Shown here: one piece after another, positions 10,051-21,976 of the stretch
How positions within the stretch are numbered: the first letter of the stretch is position 1
Layout: the number at the start of each line of letters is the position of its first letter
NCBI RefSeq assembly: GCF_037042905.1
Contig: NC_087250.1
Coordinates: forward strand, 20,772,001 to 20,836,000
Direction: 5' to 3'
Source of the DNA: Lytechinus pictus
Lineage: Eukaryota
DNA: 64,000 nt
The notes under the pieces: generated by a model
Told to the model about the DNA's origin: nothing
Databases searched by the model: none
Seen by the model: the letters and a program-made list of their open reading frames with translations, nothing else
Program-made: the position numbers and the translations under genes

Positions 10051-11936
10051 TTAAAGGAGAAATATATTGAAAATCGTAAAAATGGAGAATCATATATCAA
10101 ATCAAAGGAGAAAATAAGGAGAACACGATGGTGTACATCATTTATCATGGAGACCGATGGAACTCAGTTAATTGATTGTTTAAAGTTCTCTCTCTGAATG
10201 CTTCAAACACTCAGAATTACGTCCGCGAAATTGGGGATTTTTTATGACGTCACTTTCTGTACGAGATGCGTGATTGGCTCTCCCACGTGAAGCTCCACTT
10301 GCATGCAAAACCTGTTGCGAGGGTACGTTTTCTCCACTCTGTCACTGAATACTTCGATCACGAAATGACAGAAAACCCAGAATTTTATCTAGATTTGGAT
10401 TTTCAAATTGATGATTTTGAAGATGAAGAGAAAGATGATGAAGTGAACAACAAAGTGACGTAGTTGGGGGTAAATTGGGGGAATCGATGATGAGGGGTCG
10501 GACAATTCAACTTGCAACACGATCACATGCCGATTCGCTACCAACTCATGCAGCTGCTAAGTGCCTAGCTACACCGCGCGTGCCAAATTGAATTCACGAA
10601 AATGACTTACCACACTGTCCAGACAGAGTCTCTTACTTCTGTGACTATGAAGAAGGAAAATAATGATAAAACTGTACTTACAAATAAGTGAATGTAATCC
10701 GAACCTGAAGGCAAATCAACTCAACGAATAGCAGCAGACGATATGCACCGATGATAAACTTCATGTGGCTGGGATAGATTGTCACTCGTTCAGTTAGATG
10801 TAATTTTTATCTCATTAATTTGACAAAATTACGAAACTCGGGGAATTATTTATCTATATAAAAAAATAGTAACATCTCGTATAATTTTTAAATTACGATA
10901 AAACGTTTTTTGAAGGAAAACGTTGAGATAAATTAAAATTAGATGTAAAAGATCCCCAACATGCGCAGCTTGATTGAGAGCTGTGCAACACGTGCATAGA
11001 TCTACTCTCTCAGCCAAGGCGAGCAAGCAATACGGCATGTTTGTGATTTTGATTACGATCACATATACGAGCTTTTAAAAGGTTTTATCGTAATTTAAAA
11101 AATAATACGAGATGTTACTATATTTTTATATAGATAAATAATTCCCCGAGTTTCGTAATTTTTTCAAATTAATGAGATAAAAATTACATCTAACAGAACG
11201 AGTGACAATCTATCCCAGCCACATGAAGTTTATCGTCGGTGCATACCGTCTGCTGCTATTCGTTGAGTTGCCTTCAGGTTCGGATTACTTTCACTTGTTT
11301 GTAAGTACAGTTTTATCATTATTTTCCTTCTATATAGTCACAGAGGTAAGAGACTCTGTCTGGACAGTGTGGTAATTCATTTTCATGAATTCAATTTGGC
11401 CCGCGCGGTGTAGCTAGCACTTAGCAGCTGCATGAGTTAGGTAGCGAATCGGCAAGTGATCGTGTTGCAAGTTGAATTGTCCGACTCATCATCATCGGCG
11501 TAATTACCCCAATTTACCTCCAACTACGTCACTTTGTTGTTCATTTCATCATCATTCTCTTCATCTTCAAAATCATCAATTTGAAAATCCAAATCTAGAT
11601 AAAATTCTGGGTTTTCTTTCATTTCGTGATCGAAGTATTCAGTGACAGTGTGGAGAAAACGTACCCTCGCAACAGGTTTTGCATGCAAGTGGAGCTTCAC
11701 GTGGGAGAGCCAATCACGCATATCGTACAGAAAGTGACGTCATCAAATTCAAGTCAATTCAGAGACCGATGCGAGGCATATTTCGGAGAGGCATTTTGAG
11801 CGTTTTTTAATCGGCGATTTTCACCTTATGTATTATTTTCGTTATTTTTGAATGACCCACTGATAATCCCCACATCATTACCTTTCCATTGACATATAAT
11901 AAGACCACATTCATAATCAATATAGTTCTCCTTTAA
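10051..11936. mobile_element. Kolobok-like element (TTAA TSD) containing a ~660-bp internal inverted repeat
   Basis: TTAA|AGGAGAAATATATTGA ... TCAATATAGTTCTCCT|TTAA. Internal arms ~10244-10904 and ~11082-11743, each carrying a near-identical 65-aa acidic ORF. Confidence 0.8.
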
Positions 11937-12945
11937 GTTCCAACATTTTCACTTGGTCTTCAGCAGAAATAATTCGAGAGCAGTATTTACTTATTAAGGA
12001 GAGTTTCTAGGATTTCTTTTTCAAATTTATATTTTTTTTAAAGTGAAAAAGGGGATTCTCATTTCATTTCTTTTTTTCTCTTAATGATTTGAATCAGGCT
12101 AATTTTAGATGAGCGGAAGCGGTCAGTTTAACTCTATCATTTATCAAATCAAATAGACAGTCAGATTAATCAATTATTCACAAGTCATTGGCTTACTCAG
12201 TCATGGTTGTTGGCGATATAATGGTGTGATAATCGTTAGTATACAGGGCTATATCAACTCTTTATACTTAAATATTTATAAATCAATCAAGATAATTATA
12301 TATCTCTCAATATTCATTGTCACTGACATAGCTACAAATGGGGCTAATTAGAATATAGGAGTTGTTGCTCGCAAAGGTGTAACTAATTACGAGCATGCAA
12401 GGTGCGTCTATGCACCTTTTTTGAGATCCTTGCTTTTGGTAATAACTATAAAAGGGTGAGGGGGGATCTGTCCCCTTTTCTTGTACCGTCCGTCTACGAG
12501 ACTACCCACCCCCCACAAAAAAATTAAATAAAAAATAAGAAGTAAAAGAAACGTTGGTGTAAACTTATAAAAAAATTCCTCCACGAAAAAAAAAAACCTG
12601 TCAGGAAAAGAGCAACAATAAGAAAGAACTGTTTGTAGACGAAAACAAACTATCCGACATTTTGGTTTATCAAGCAAATAAGACAATAACAAAACGATCA
12701 ATAAAAATCCAAAACTGGGTGGTCCTTTCAAGACCAAAGCATGTCCACGTAAGAACACATGGTATACCGTGTCACCCAATACACTCTTCTTATAATAAAT
12801 CATTCGAAATTCTAATTTCTTGAAATAAATAAATAATATGGGGCAAGGTGGGGAGGGAGGGGGTTATAAATTTCAAACCCATAGTTTCGTTGCATTCATT
12901 CTCCGCCTGTCACCATTCTCATTTGTTTCGTTCTCATTCATCCAG

Positions 12946-13232
12946 CATCTCAGTCTCGGAACCAACACACCAAATCAAGCTTGTTCACGGCAGCCAAGGA
13001 TGACAGTGAACGCAATGTGATTGGCTATTGTCTAACCGGTCACGTGATGAAGGTTGTTCAAATGGTTAGCCAGTTACGGTGCGCTATGATGTGCAACGAC
13101 AATACAAGTTGTGTGTCATTCAACTACGTGAAGAGAGACGGTGTGTGCGAGTTGAATGACGAAAACAAAGAGGGCGCCGAGTCTGAATACCTCACTCGTT
13201 ATGACGGATGCACTTATATTGGACGAGTCTAA
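12946..13232 (+). CDS. Terminal exon encoding a PAN/apple domain
   Basis: Polypyrimidine acceptor TTCTCATTCATCCAG| (phase 1). CLTGHVMKVVQMVSQLRCAMMCNDNTSCVSFNYVKRDGVCELN fits the PAN motif C-x3-C-x5-C-xSFNY-x5-C-xL. Stop TAA at 13230-13232. Confidence 0.8.
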
Positions 13233-13529
13233 GTTTTAAAGGAGGGTGGGGTGAACCGATAAACACTTTTGTCTCTAATTGACTGTGTGTTAAACTGGTG
13301 TTGAAATATTCTCTTTTTCAGATAATACAGACAATAATTTGGATCACATTGTTACACCATTATTATCATTATTATCACTTTGATAGGAAAAATAGTTTTA
13401 TTTTACTATTTTACGTGATTATTTTGGAATGAATGGATTGTAGGTAAGTTAGTATGATATCAGTCAAGCGGGTCTATACTACACTGCTCAGTATGTTTCA
13501 GTATCGGATATGAACCTGAGGAGGTTAGA

Positions 13530-13718
13530 TACTGGAAAACACCGTAGTTAATTTAACACCAGCCTAGTATCTATATCAGTCCACACTAGAATCAAACCAA
13601 TTTTTATATTGGTTTAACACTAATTGGTGTTAGCCTAATGCTAAACCGGTGTTATTTCAACACCTCTCTGGTGTAGATACTAGGCCCTTGTTAAATTAAC
13701 ACTAGCGTTTTTGCAGTG
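13530..13718. mobile_element. CACTA/EnSpm-like MITE
   Basis: ACTGGAAAACACCGTAGTTAATTTAACA versus TGTTAAATTAACACTAGCGTTTTTGCAGTG; internal AACACC repeats. Confidence 0.5.
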
Positions 13719-13984
13719 TAACGAGTTAAATGAGCCTCTGAATGGGGCAGCTTGGGAAATGGAATTTAATATGAAATGAGGAACATTGGAACTAACGCCT
13801 GAAATGAGGGACTTGGGAATGGGGGAGAACGTGGTGGCCAACGAAAAAGGGTGAAAATGATTATGCTCGGGGAACTGCAGATTTTTTAAATAGGTGGTAA
13901 AATTATGATCATAAATAATAAGTATGAAAAAGATGACAAAAATGAAAATGACTCAAAAGCGATTATCTCTTCAAACATAACTCT

Positions 13985-14220
13985 GCGTGGGTGTCGTGGT
14001 CTAGTGGTTGCGACTCTCGTCTTTCAATCAGAGGGACGTGGGTTCAAAACCCAGCCATGGCGTGTTTTTCCTTCAGCAAGAAGGAAAACCCACATCGTGC
14101 TGCACTCGACCCAGGTGAGGTGAATGGGTATCGGGTAGGATTGTCGCCTTAACGCCGAAATGGCGGCTCAGCTACGGCCGGGGTAATGCTACCACATATC
14201 AAAATGCAGTTGAGTATGCT
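13985..14220 (+). mobile_element. tRNA-derived SINE (SURF1-like, degenerate)
   Basis: A box TGGTCTAGTGG, B box GGTTCAAAACC, and body CACTCGACCCAGGTG..AATGGGTA shared with the 46980-47323 SINE. Confidence 0.7.
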
Positions 14221-15219
14221 CATAGAAACATATTCATTAGGGGGGCTGATGATGTCCCAGCCCACTTTTTTTTTTAAATGTTATTACATAAAATCCCGAT
14301 TATTTCATATTTTCATACAAGCGTGTGTATGATATGTCTCCTTTACAGCTACATCAATGAACATAAATGCAATAAATCAGTTGTCGATCCAATTTTTTAG
14401 TTCTTGGATGATAACATTCGAAGAAATATGATTTCTTATAATAAAGTACAGAAGAACAAACCTGTGCGGATATGACAAGATCAAATTGTTTATTGAGCAT
14501 GTTGAGTCTGCAGAATCTTTCATATGCCATAACTGATTTTGTTGAAATTTTCAATGTTGCGTTTTTCCTGATTCGTCTCTATCTGTTCAAATTATGTTCA
14601 TGATGTGTTTAGCTTGGAATACCCCCTTTAAGTCTTTTTTACAGATCCACTTATTCTAGAATAGTTTGATATATAAAAGTAACAAAACGAAATGTTTATT
14701 TAATTATCAGCATTGTTTTGGAACGGCAATGAGCGTAGAATAAATTTTAATTCATGTATATAGTTGTATAGCGAAATTCAGTAATCGTTTGTAATTGATT
14801 ATGTAGGGATTTTCTTTAAAAATGTAATTATAAGCCTTCTTGCTGAGAAATAACGAAGTTTACAACTGTCTAATTATGTTAGCTTTGTATTTTTTATTAT
14901 TGTTCAATGTTCGGGTATAACAAGTAGTGACAATTACCAGTGTCTTAGCTGAAGAGATTTATTTCATGACTTTAATTTTTTTTAAGGGATAACATTTTAC
15001 GGCCTGACAAGCTCCTTACGAAATCGTTGAGCTCGGTCGATAAAGTCATGCTTCGTTCTCAATTACGTATCAGGCTACAATGCCTTATATAGGAGCTTAC
15101 TGCACGAAACTCTGTTCATTGAAGAATTTATCAATACTTTGCTTTCATACCTGTCGTTACTTTCTGTACGGAGCTACAGAATGCATGGTCGGAAAATCAG
15201 AAGTACGAAAATGTTGAAA

Positions 15220-15520
15220 GCACTGACTAGAAGAAGTGAGATTACGGAAAATACTGACTTTACCGAGATACGGAAAATACTGACTCTACCGAGGTACTGA
15301 TAATATTGAGAGACGAGTGAAGATACGGAAAATACTGACTTAACCGAGATACTGAGATGAGTGAGGATACTGAAAGTACTGAAATTACTGAGATACCGAA
15401 AATACTGAAATCACGGAGATATTGACTACTGGCATGAATGAGATATGGGAGATACTGGAAAGATACTGAAATTACCGAGATACCAAAAATACTGAAATTA
15501 TGAGATACTGAATACTGGGT
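15220..15520. repeat. Degenerate minisatellite (GATACTGAAATTACCGA / GATACGGAAAATACTGA units)
   Basis: Repeated ATACTGA and ACCGAGATAC motifs. Confidence 0.7.
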
Positions 15521-15694
15521 ATTCGGTCTTCAACATGGTTGTGCGGTTCCATGAGATATTAGTTAAGGAGAAGGAGCAAAGAGTCGGAAGGACGGAATTT
15601 ACACCAACTGGTTGTATATTGCAGCCGAAACGAACCAGCTAGTCAGGAAAGAAGTCGGTTCGGCTACAATATTTTACTAAGACCGGTACCCTTC

Positions 15695-16292
15695 TTACAG
15701 ATCAAGTCCACCCCAGAAAAATATTGATTTGAATAAATAGAGAAAGATCGAACAAGCAAAACGCTGAACATTTCATCTAATTCGTATGTAAAATAAAAGT
15801 TATGACATTTTAAAGTTTGCTTATTTGTCACAAAACAGTGATATGCACAACTCAAATGAGACAGTCGATGATGTCCCTCATGCACTCACTATTTTTTTGT
15901 TTTTTATTGTTTGAATTATACAATATTTTTTTAAAAATAGATTTGACAATAAGGACCAACTTAATTTAATCATATAGTAATAAACAATGCTCATTCCACA
16001 TTTTCAGGGAGGAATTAATCGTTTTTTTCACTTGACAATGAGGACAATAATAGAGTATTCCCTATTTCATAAAACAAAATACAAAAGAAAATGTGAGTGG
16101 ATGACGTCATCAGTCTCATTTGCATACACACCGGGATGTGCATATAACTGTTTTGTGAAATTAAGCAAAACTTTAGAATGTCATAACGTTCTTATCTTAC
16201 ATCCGATTTTGATGAAATTTTCAGTGTTATGCTTGTTGGATCTTCTCTTTTTATTCAAAGCAACTTTTTGTTGGCGTGGACTTGTCCTTTAA
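15695..16292 (-). mobile_element. Kolobok-like family K1 copy (reverse orientation)
   Basis: Ends ..CAAGTCCACCCCAG / GTGGACTTGTCCT-TTAA; homologous to 19064-19654. Confidence 0.7.
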
Positions 16293-19063
16293 GCGTTTCC
16301 TGCTCGTTTCCGACCACATAGAGCACGAATGCATTGCGTGAAATATGGGAGGAAACAACGCAGTTTCCCCGTTCAAAATATGAATTTAATTTTAGCGTTG
16401 CAATCTTCCCTTTTGTTTTGTATATCTAAAATATAAGTGTAAAAATAAAGTAATCATTAATCCGGTAATTATTTCCTTGATTAACGTTGATTCTTGTTAT
16501 ATAAAAACCATTGTAACAAAATCATTCATAAAATTGAATTCATGCGCATTTTTTTGAATAGCCAGAGTTGTAATTCCGGTTTTATTAAGTATTAAGAATG
16601 ATAGAATGGCAGAACAAAACTGCATCACAATCGATTACAATAATTATGATAGATTACAAAACAAACGCGTAAAATGCAAGTAACTATTCGATCTCATCAC
16701 TAGGTTATACTAATGTGTGTGTCCTAAAATAGTTATGCTCTGTTGGATGGAAAATCAGAACCTGTGTCATTATATAAATGTACAGTAGTGGCATCAGGAT
16801 TTTTTTAACGGGGGGGGGGTGCAAGAAGGGGAAAGAGCACATTTGGGGTCCAAGGCGGATAGGCTTTTTTTTTTTTTTTTTTTTTTTTTGCCTGATTGAA
16901 AAAATCAAGTGAGAAGCGCAACCTATTTTTTTTGTTTTAATATAGACCCTACTGACTTGAAAACAGACCTGTTAATGACTGTTTGCGTGACATGATGATA
17001 TATCTCGGCTAAATAAATAATAAAAGCGCGAAGCGGAATCTGAAAATGTGTAATATCCTTAGATGACGAGTGGACACATATATTTTGTTTAACAGGAATA
17101 GGATGGGTATAACACTTAACAATCATTGTGAGCGCGTAGTGCGAGGTGATTTTTATTTATTTATTTATTCATTCATTTATCTATTCATCTATTCATTTAT
17201 TTATTTATTTATTATATTTAACACTATTTTGTAATTGTGAAGATGCAGGATGCGTATCTCTCTAAAACAAGTAATGAAAACTTGTTTCTTGGAGAAATGA
17301 TTTGTGCATATTGACTTGAACAGTAGATTTTTAACCTCCATGTTAACCTATTAAACAGGTCACGCAAAAAAGCTAGCAAAACTTTGAATTCAGGGGCGGA
17401 AATCTCTACCAAAAGGTAACGGGGCAAGGGGCTTGAAAATTTGACAAGCAAAAAAAAAAAAAAGGATCATCTCGTCCTGAAACCTTAAATGCATGTTTTA
17501 TTTCGATTTTGAATGATGTATTTCTTACCAAAAGACCACATATAGTAGGGGGGGCAATTGATATTTATATCAAATGTTCCACTACTATTTTGAGTAGGGG
17601 GGACACGTCCCCCATGTCCCCTGTGATTTCCGCCCATGTTTGAATTCAAAATAATTATCCAATTCATGTTACTGACATATATCTGGGGGAGCTAACCAGG
17701 GCAATGTGAGAAAATGTCAAAAATTTGAAGATTAAAAAGTTCTGTTTGGGAACACTTTGCAAATTGGTTAGGGTGTTTATGAAAGTACTTACATTAATCT
17801 TTTAGTTTCCGAAATTTGTCTGGAGGAGCAAATGCCCCCGTGCCCCCCCCCCCTGGTAATATAACCCAGGTATTCAATTCAATTTATTTTCATTCTTCAA
17901 CATAATACAAATAAATACAGGATAGATTATTTCAATTTAAATAAAAGCATGAACAAATTCAACATTGAATAAATGCATTGGCGACGGAAGCCAAAAATTT
18001 AGGGGGGGGGGGGGGATGACCAAAATATTTTGACAAGCAAAAAAAAAAAAAGGATATATATCAACCAAAATTTTAGGGGGGACCGACAGGCATTTTTTAC
18101 AACCCCCCCCCCCCAAAAAAAAAAAAAAGTTATCAACATAAAATTTAGGGGGGATCGTCTCCCCCACCTCAAGTTTAGGGGGGACCTGCTTCTGAAACCT
18201 CTGAAATATATCAATCTTTGATTTAAGAAAAAAAATGAATAAGTAAAATTCTAAAAATGTAAAGTTCGTCTATTCCTTCACCCTTCAACCATTTCTCTCG
18301 TATGTTCTTTACACAACCATCTCGCGACACGCAATACGCAAAGGTTAAAAAGAAAAAAAAGTTGTTGCTTGCTCTTTCCGAGCGTTTCATTGCGCGCTCT
18401 ACGTTCTGTTCGATACTCCCTTGTAGTACATGTAATATGAATGAAATTTACCAAGATGATTGTCATTTCTTTTGAGAAGTAGGTTCCATTTATCTACTTG
18501 GGGAAAAAACAACGATCTTCTTCCCTCACAAAAAATGTACAATTTATTAATAAGTGTTTTTTAACCTTCACTGAAGTTAACACATATTTATCATTACTTA
18601 AACTAAATATTATTCAAGTTAGTTTTTATTTAGATGTTTTTGCTATTCAATTACAATTCTAAGAAACGTATTGCAGGATAAAAAAAACTTATATATGAAA
18701 ATAAACAATTTTGTAAATAAATTGTTGAAAATTATTATTTAGGTTTCAAATAATTATTCGTTTTTCTAAGCATTTGTAACAATTAATGGCATACGAAATA
18801 AAATCAAGATCGATTACAAAAGTTATGATCGACTACAAGGAATACATGTTTTCATCGCGTAGAACTGTCAAACTTCTTCTCTGTCAACACCTATTTTCAT
18901 ATCCGACAGTTACCATTGTAATGGTGCTCCTTAGCCAACCAAACTCACGGAAAGTTGTCAGATCTGTGAACTTGTTGGATAAATATGTTGATGGGACGCT
19001 CCCCAGATCATGTATAAAAAAAGTAGAACGTTGCCAGTTTGAGTGTGACAAGTCAAGCCTATC

Positions 19064-19654
19064 TTAAAGGACAAGTCCACCCCAACAAAAAGTTTATTTG
19101 AATAAAAAGAGAAAAATCCAACAAGCATGATATTGAAAATTTCATCAAAATCGGATGTAAAATAAGAAAATTATGACATTTTAAAGTTTCGCTGAATTTC
19201 ACAAACCAGTTATTTGCACGTCCTGGTCGGTATGCAAATGAGAAAACTGATGACGTCATCCACTCACAATTTTTTTTGTATTTTATTATATTAAATATTC
19301 TAATTATTTCCTCATTTTCAAGTGATACAACGATTAATTCCTCCCTGAACATGTGGATTTAGCATTGTTTATTACTATATGGTTCAGTCAAGATGGTCCT
19401 TATTGTCAAATCTAAAAAAAAAATGAAATATTTAATAATTAAAAGATAAAATAAAAAAATAGTGAGTGATGGACATCATCGACTGAGTCACCAAGTTGTG
19501 CATATCACTGTTTTGTGAAAAATAAGCGAAATTTTAAAATGTCATAACTTTCTTATTTGACATCCGATTTCGATGAAGTTCTCAGCACTATGCTAGTTTG
19601 ATTTTTCTCTATTTATTGAGGTCAGCATTTTCCTGGGGTGAACTTAACCTTTAA
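19064..19654 (+). mobile_element. Kolobok-like family K1 copy
   Basis: TTAA|AGGACAAGTCCACCCCA ... TGGGGTGAACTTAACCT|TTAA with long imperfect TIRs. Confidence 0.8.
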
Positions 19655-19860
19655 GTTTGGATGATTCTCACATAAGTGCATGGCACTATTTCAATTCTTT
19701 ACTAGATTATATTATCGTGTTCCCTAATATATGTTTCATTGTATGATTTTAACCGAATTTACAACTAAGTTTTTATTTGATGGGGCGCACGATAAAAATG
19801 AAATAAATTTTCTGCGTCATAAAATTATTCAATCTTCTTATTAAATCGCATAAATTCCAT

Positions 19861-20190
19861 ACCTGAAAACCTACACAGGAAAATCCACTATCTAAAAAAT
19901 CCTGGGGCGATCGAGCCTTTGCTCATGCCGTACCAGCCCTGTGGAATTCACTACCACAGTAGCTGAAGAACTCAAACTCTGCAACATCCTTTAAGGGCAA
20001 CCTAAAATTGCATTGGTTCACCAGCAGGTACTAGGTTTGAAGACGAGACATATTTCCTCATGTTTAATTTACCCTTTCTTGTACTTCTGTTAGTTTTCTT
20101 TACTTTTATGTTTTTCTCTCCTCTAAGCGCCCTGAGCATCAAAATGGAAAAGACGCTATATAAATCATATGTATTATTATTATTATTTAA
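19861..20190 (+). mobile_element. 3' end of an L2-clade LINE
   Basis: Translates KSWGDRAFAHAVPALWNSLPQ*LKN..SFKGNLK, the L2 ORF2 C-terminus; followed by an AAGCGC..GAG..CGCTATATAAAT stem-loop and a (TAT)n tail. Confidence 0.75.
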
Positions 20191-20306
20191 TAATAGACAT
20201 GATGTCTCCAGTGGCCAGGTTCTCAGAGTAACTGGTAATTTGAAAAAGGTGAAAGGGTCTGTCTAAAGTGTTTTCTCTTAATTAATGGGGCCACCATCTG
20301 CAACAC

Positions 20307-20910
20307 TTAAAGGACAAGTTTACCCCAACAAAAAGTTTATTTGAATAAAAAGAGAAAAATCCAACAGGCATAACACTGAAAATTTCATCAGAATCGGATG
20401 TAAAATAAGAAAGTTATGACATTTTAAAGTTTCGCTTAATTTCACAAAACAGTTATATGCACATCCTGACTGGTATGCAAATGAGGACACTATGACGTCA
20501 TCCACTCACTATATATTTTGTATTTTATTATATGAAATATGAAATATTCTGATTTTCTTCCCATTGTCAAGTGATACAAAAATTAGTTCCTCCCTGAACA
20601 TGTGGAATTAGCATTGTTTAATACTCTATGGTTCAGCCAAGTTGGTCCTCATTGTCAAATCTAAAAAAAATGAAATATTGTATAATTCAAACAATAAAAA
20701 ACAAAAAAAAATAGTGAGTGATGTATATCATTGACTGAGTCACTTAGTTGTGCATATCACTGTTTTGTGAAGAAAAAAAAAGCGAAATTTTGAAATGTCA
20801 TAACTTTCTTATTTTACACCTAATTTTGATGAAATTTTCAGCACTATGGTAGTTTTATTTTTCTCTATTTATTCAGGTCAGCAATTTCCTGGGGTGGACT
20901 TGACCTTTAA
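20307..20910 (+). mobile_element. Kolobok-like family K1 copy
   Basis: TTAA|AGGACAAGTTTACCCCA ... TGGGGTGGACTTGACCT|TTAA. Confidence 0.8.
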
Positions 20911-21668
20911 CCGAAAAGATGTGGTGATCAACTTGTTTGATTCTGGAATGCTACATGACCTTCAAGAGTCCGGAGGACTGGCCCAAATGTTCTCTGTGTG
21001 CCATGGACAACCGCAAAAATGCCTGACTGCTGATCTCCTGACTTCCTGTGGTTGGTGTTTGGGTTTCTTTTGATGTCATCTGCCATCTTTCCCTACTCCT
21101 GCGATTATAAATGATTTTAAGTCATAGTATTCTGTAGTTACTCTTTGGAAAGTCAAGAAAAGAATGACGTCTTTGGTCACTTGGACTTTATTAATATCAG
21201 TCAGTCTCCAGATGTAGCACAATTCGTGGTGGTAGCTTTTGATCCCAGTCTGCATCATTTTGTAACAAACCACAACGGTTCGTAATGGTCGTATCCGAAC
21301 GTACATGCACGTACCAAATAGTCGTAAATCAAGTATCTGATCGTGATGTTCGTACCAGATCTTTACCTAACCGCGTACTCAATCGGAATAATCCCATCGG
21401 AATGTATTCGATTATATTTGAACGGGATACCAGATCGTGGCACCTGATAATGACAAATTGTTACCCATCCCATACAACATGAGCATTAAATTGTATCCAT
21501 TAGTATTACCTCGTATTTCAACGTGAAATTGCAGATAAGTTGACCAAAAAAAATTGCGATCAGCTACGGAAAGACAATCGTGGCGTTCGTAGCGCGATTC
21601 GTGACAATGGGAACTTGGTCATGTTGGTAGTACAACCGTTTATGGCGCGCCGTTTGACCAATAATTCA

Positions 21669-21952
21669 GATAAACACTGTTTATCGCCGATAAATAGTGT
21701 TTATCGCCGAAAAACACTGTTTATCGAGCGATAAACACTGTTTATCAAGCGATAAACAGTGTTTATCGAGAGAAACTATGTTTATCGACTGAAAAACACA
21801 GTTTCTCTCGATAAACAGTGTTTATCGCCGAAAAACACTGTTTATCGCCGATAAACACTGTTTATCGAGAGAAACTGTGTTTATCAGTCGAAAAACATAG
21901 TTTCTCTCGATAAACACTGTTTATCGCTTGATAAACATTGTTTATCGCCGAA
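21669..21952. repeat. Tandem array of 17-bp palindromes (GATAAACA-N-TGTTTATC) with higher-order mirror symmetry
   Basis: About 14 units at ~20-bp period; variant units are mirrored about ~21838. Confidence 0.85.
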
Positions 21953-21976
21953 AACGATCACACGGGCAATGCAGAG

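Noticed and set aside
4186..20505. Recurring small ORFs with CHNFLILHPILMKFS
   Set aside because: Translations of the non-coding TIRs of Kolobok-like family K1.
21669..21952. CRISPR-like array (also 56600-57000)
   Set aside because: Eukaryotic context, no unique spacers, no cas genes.
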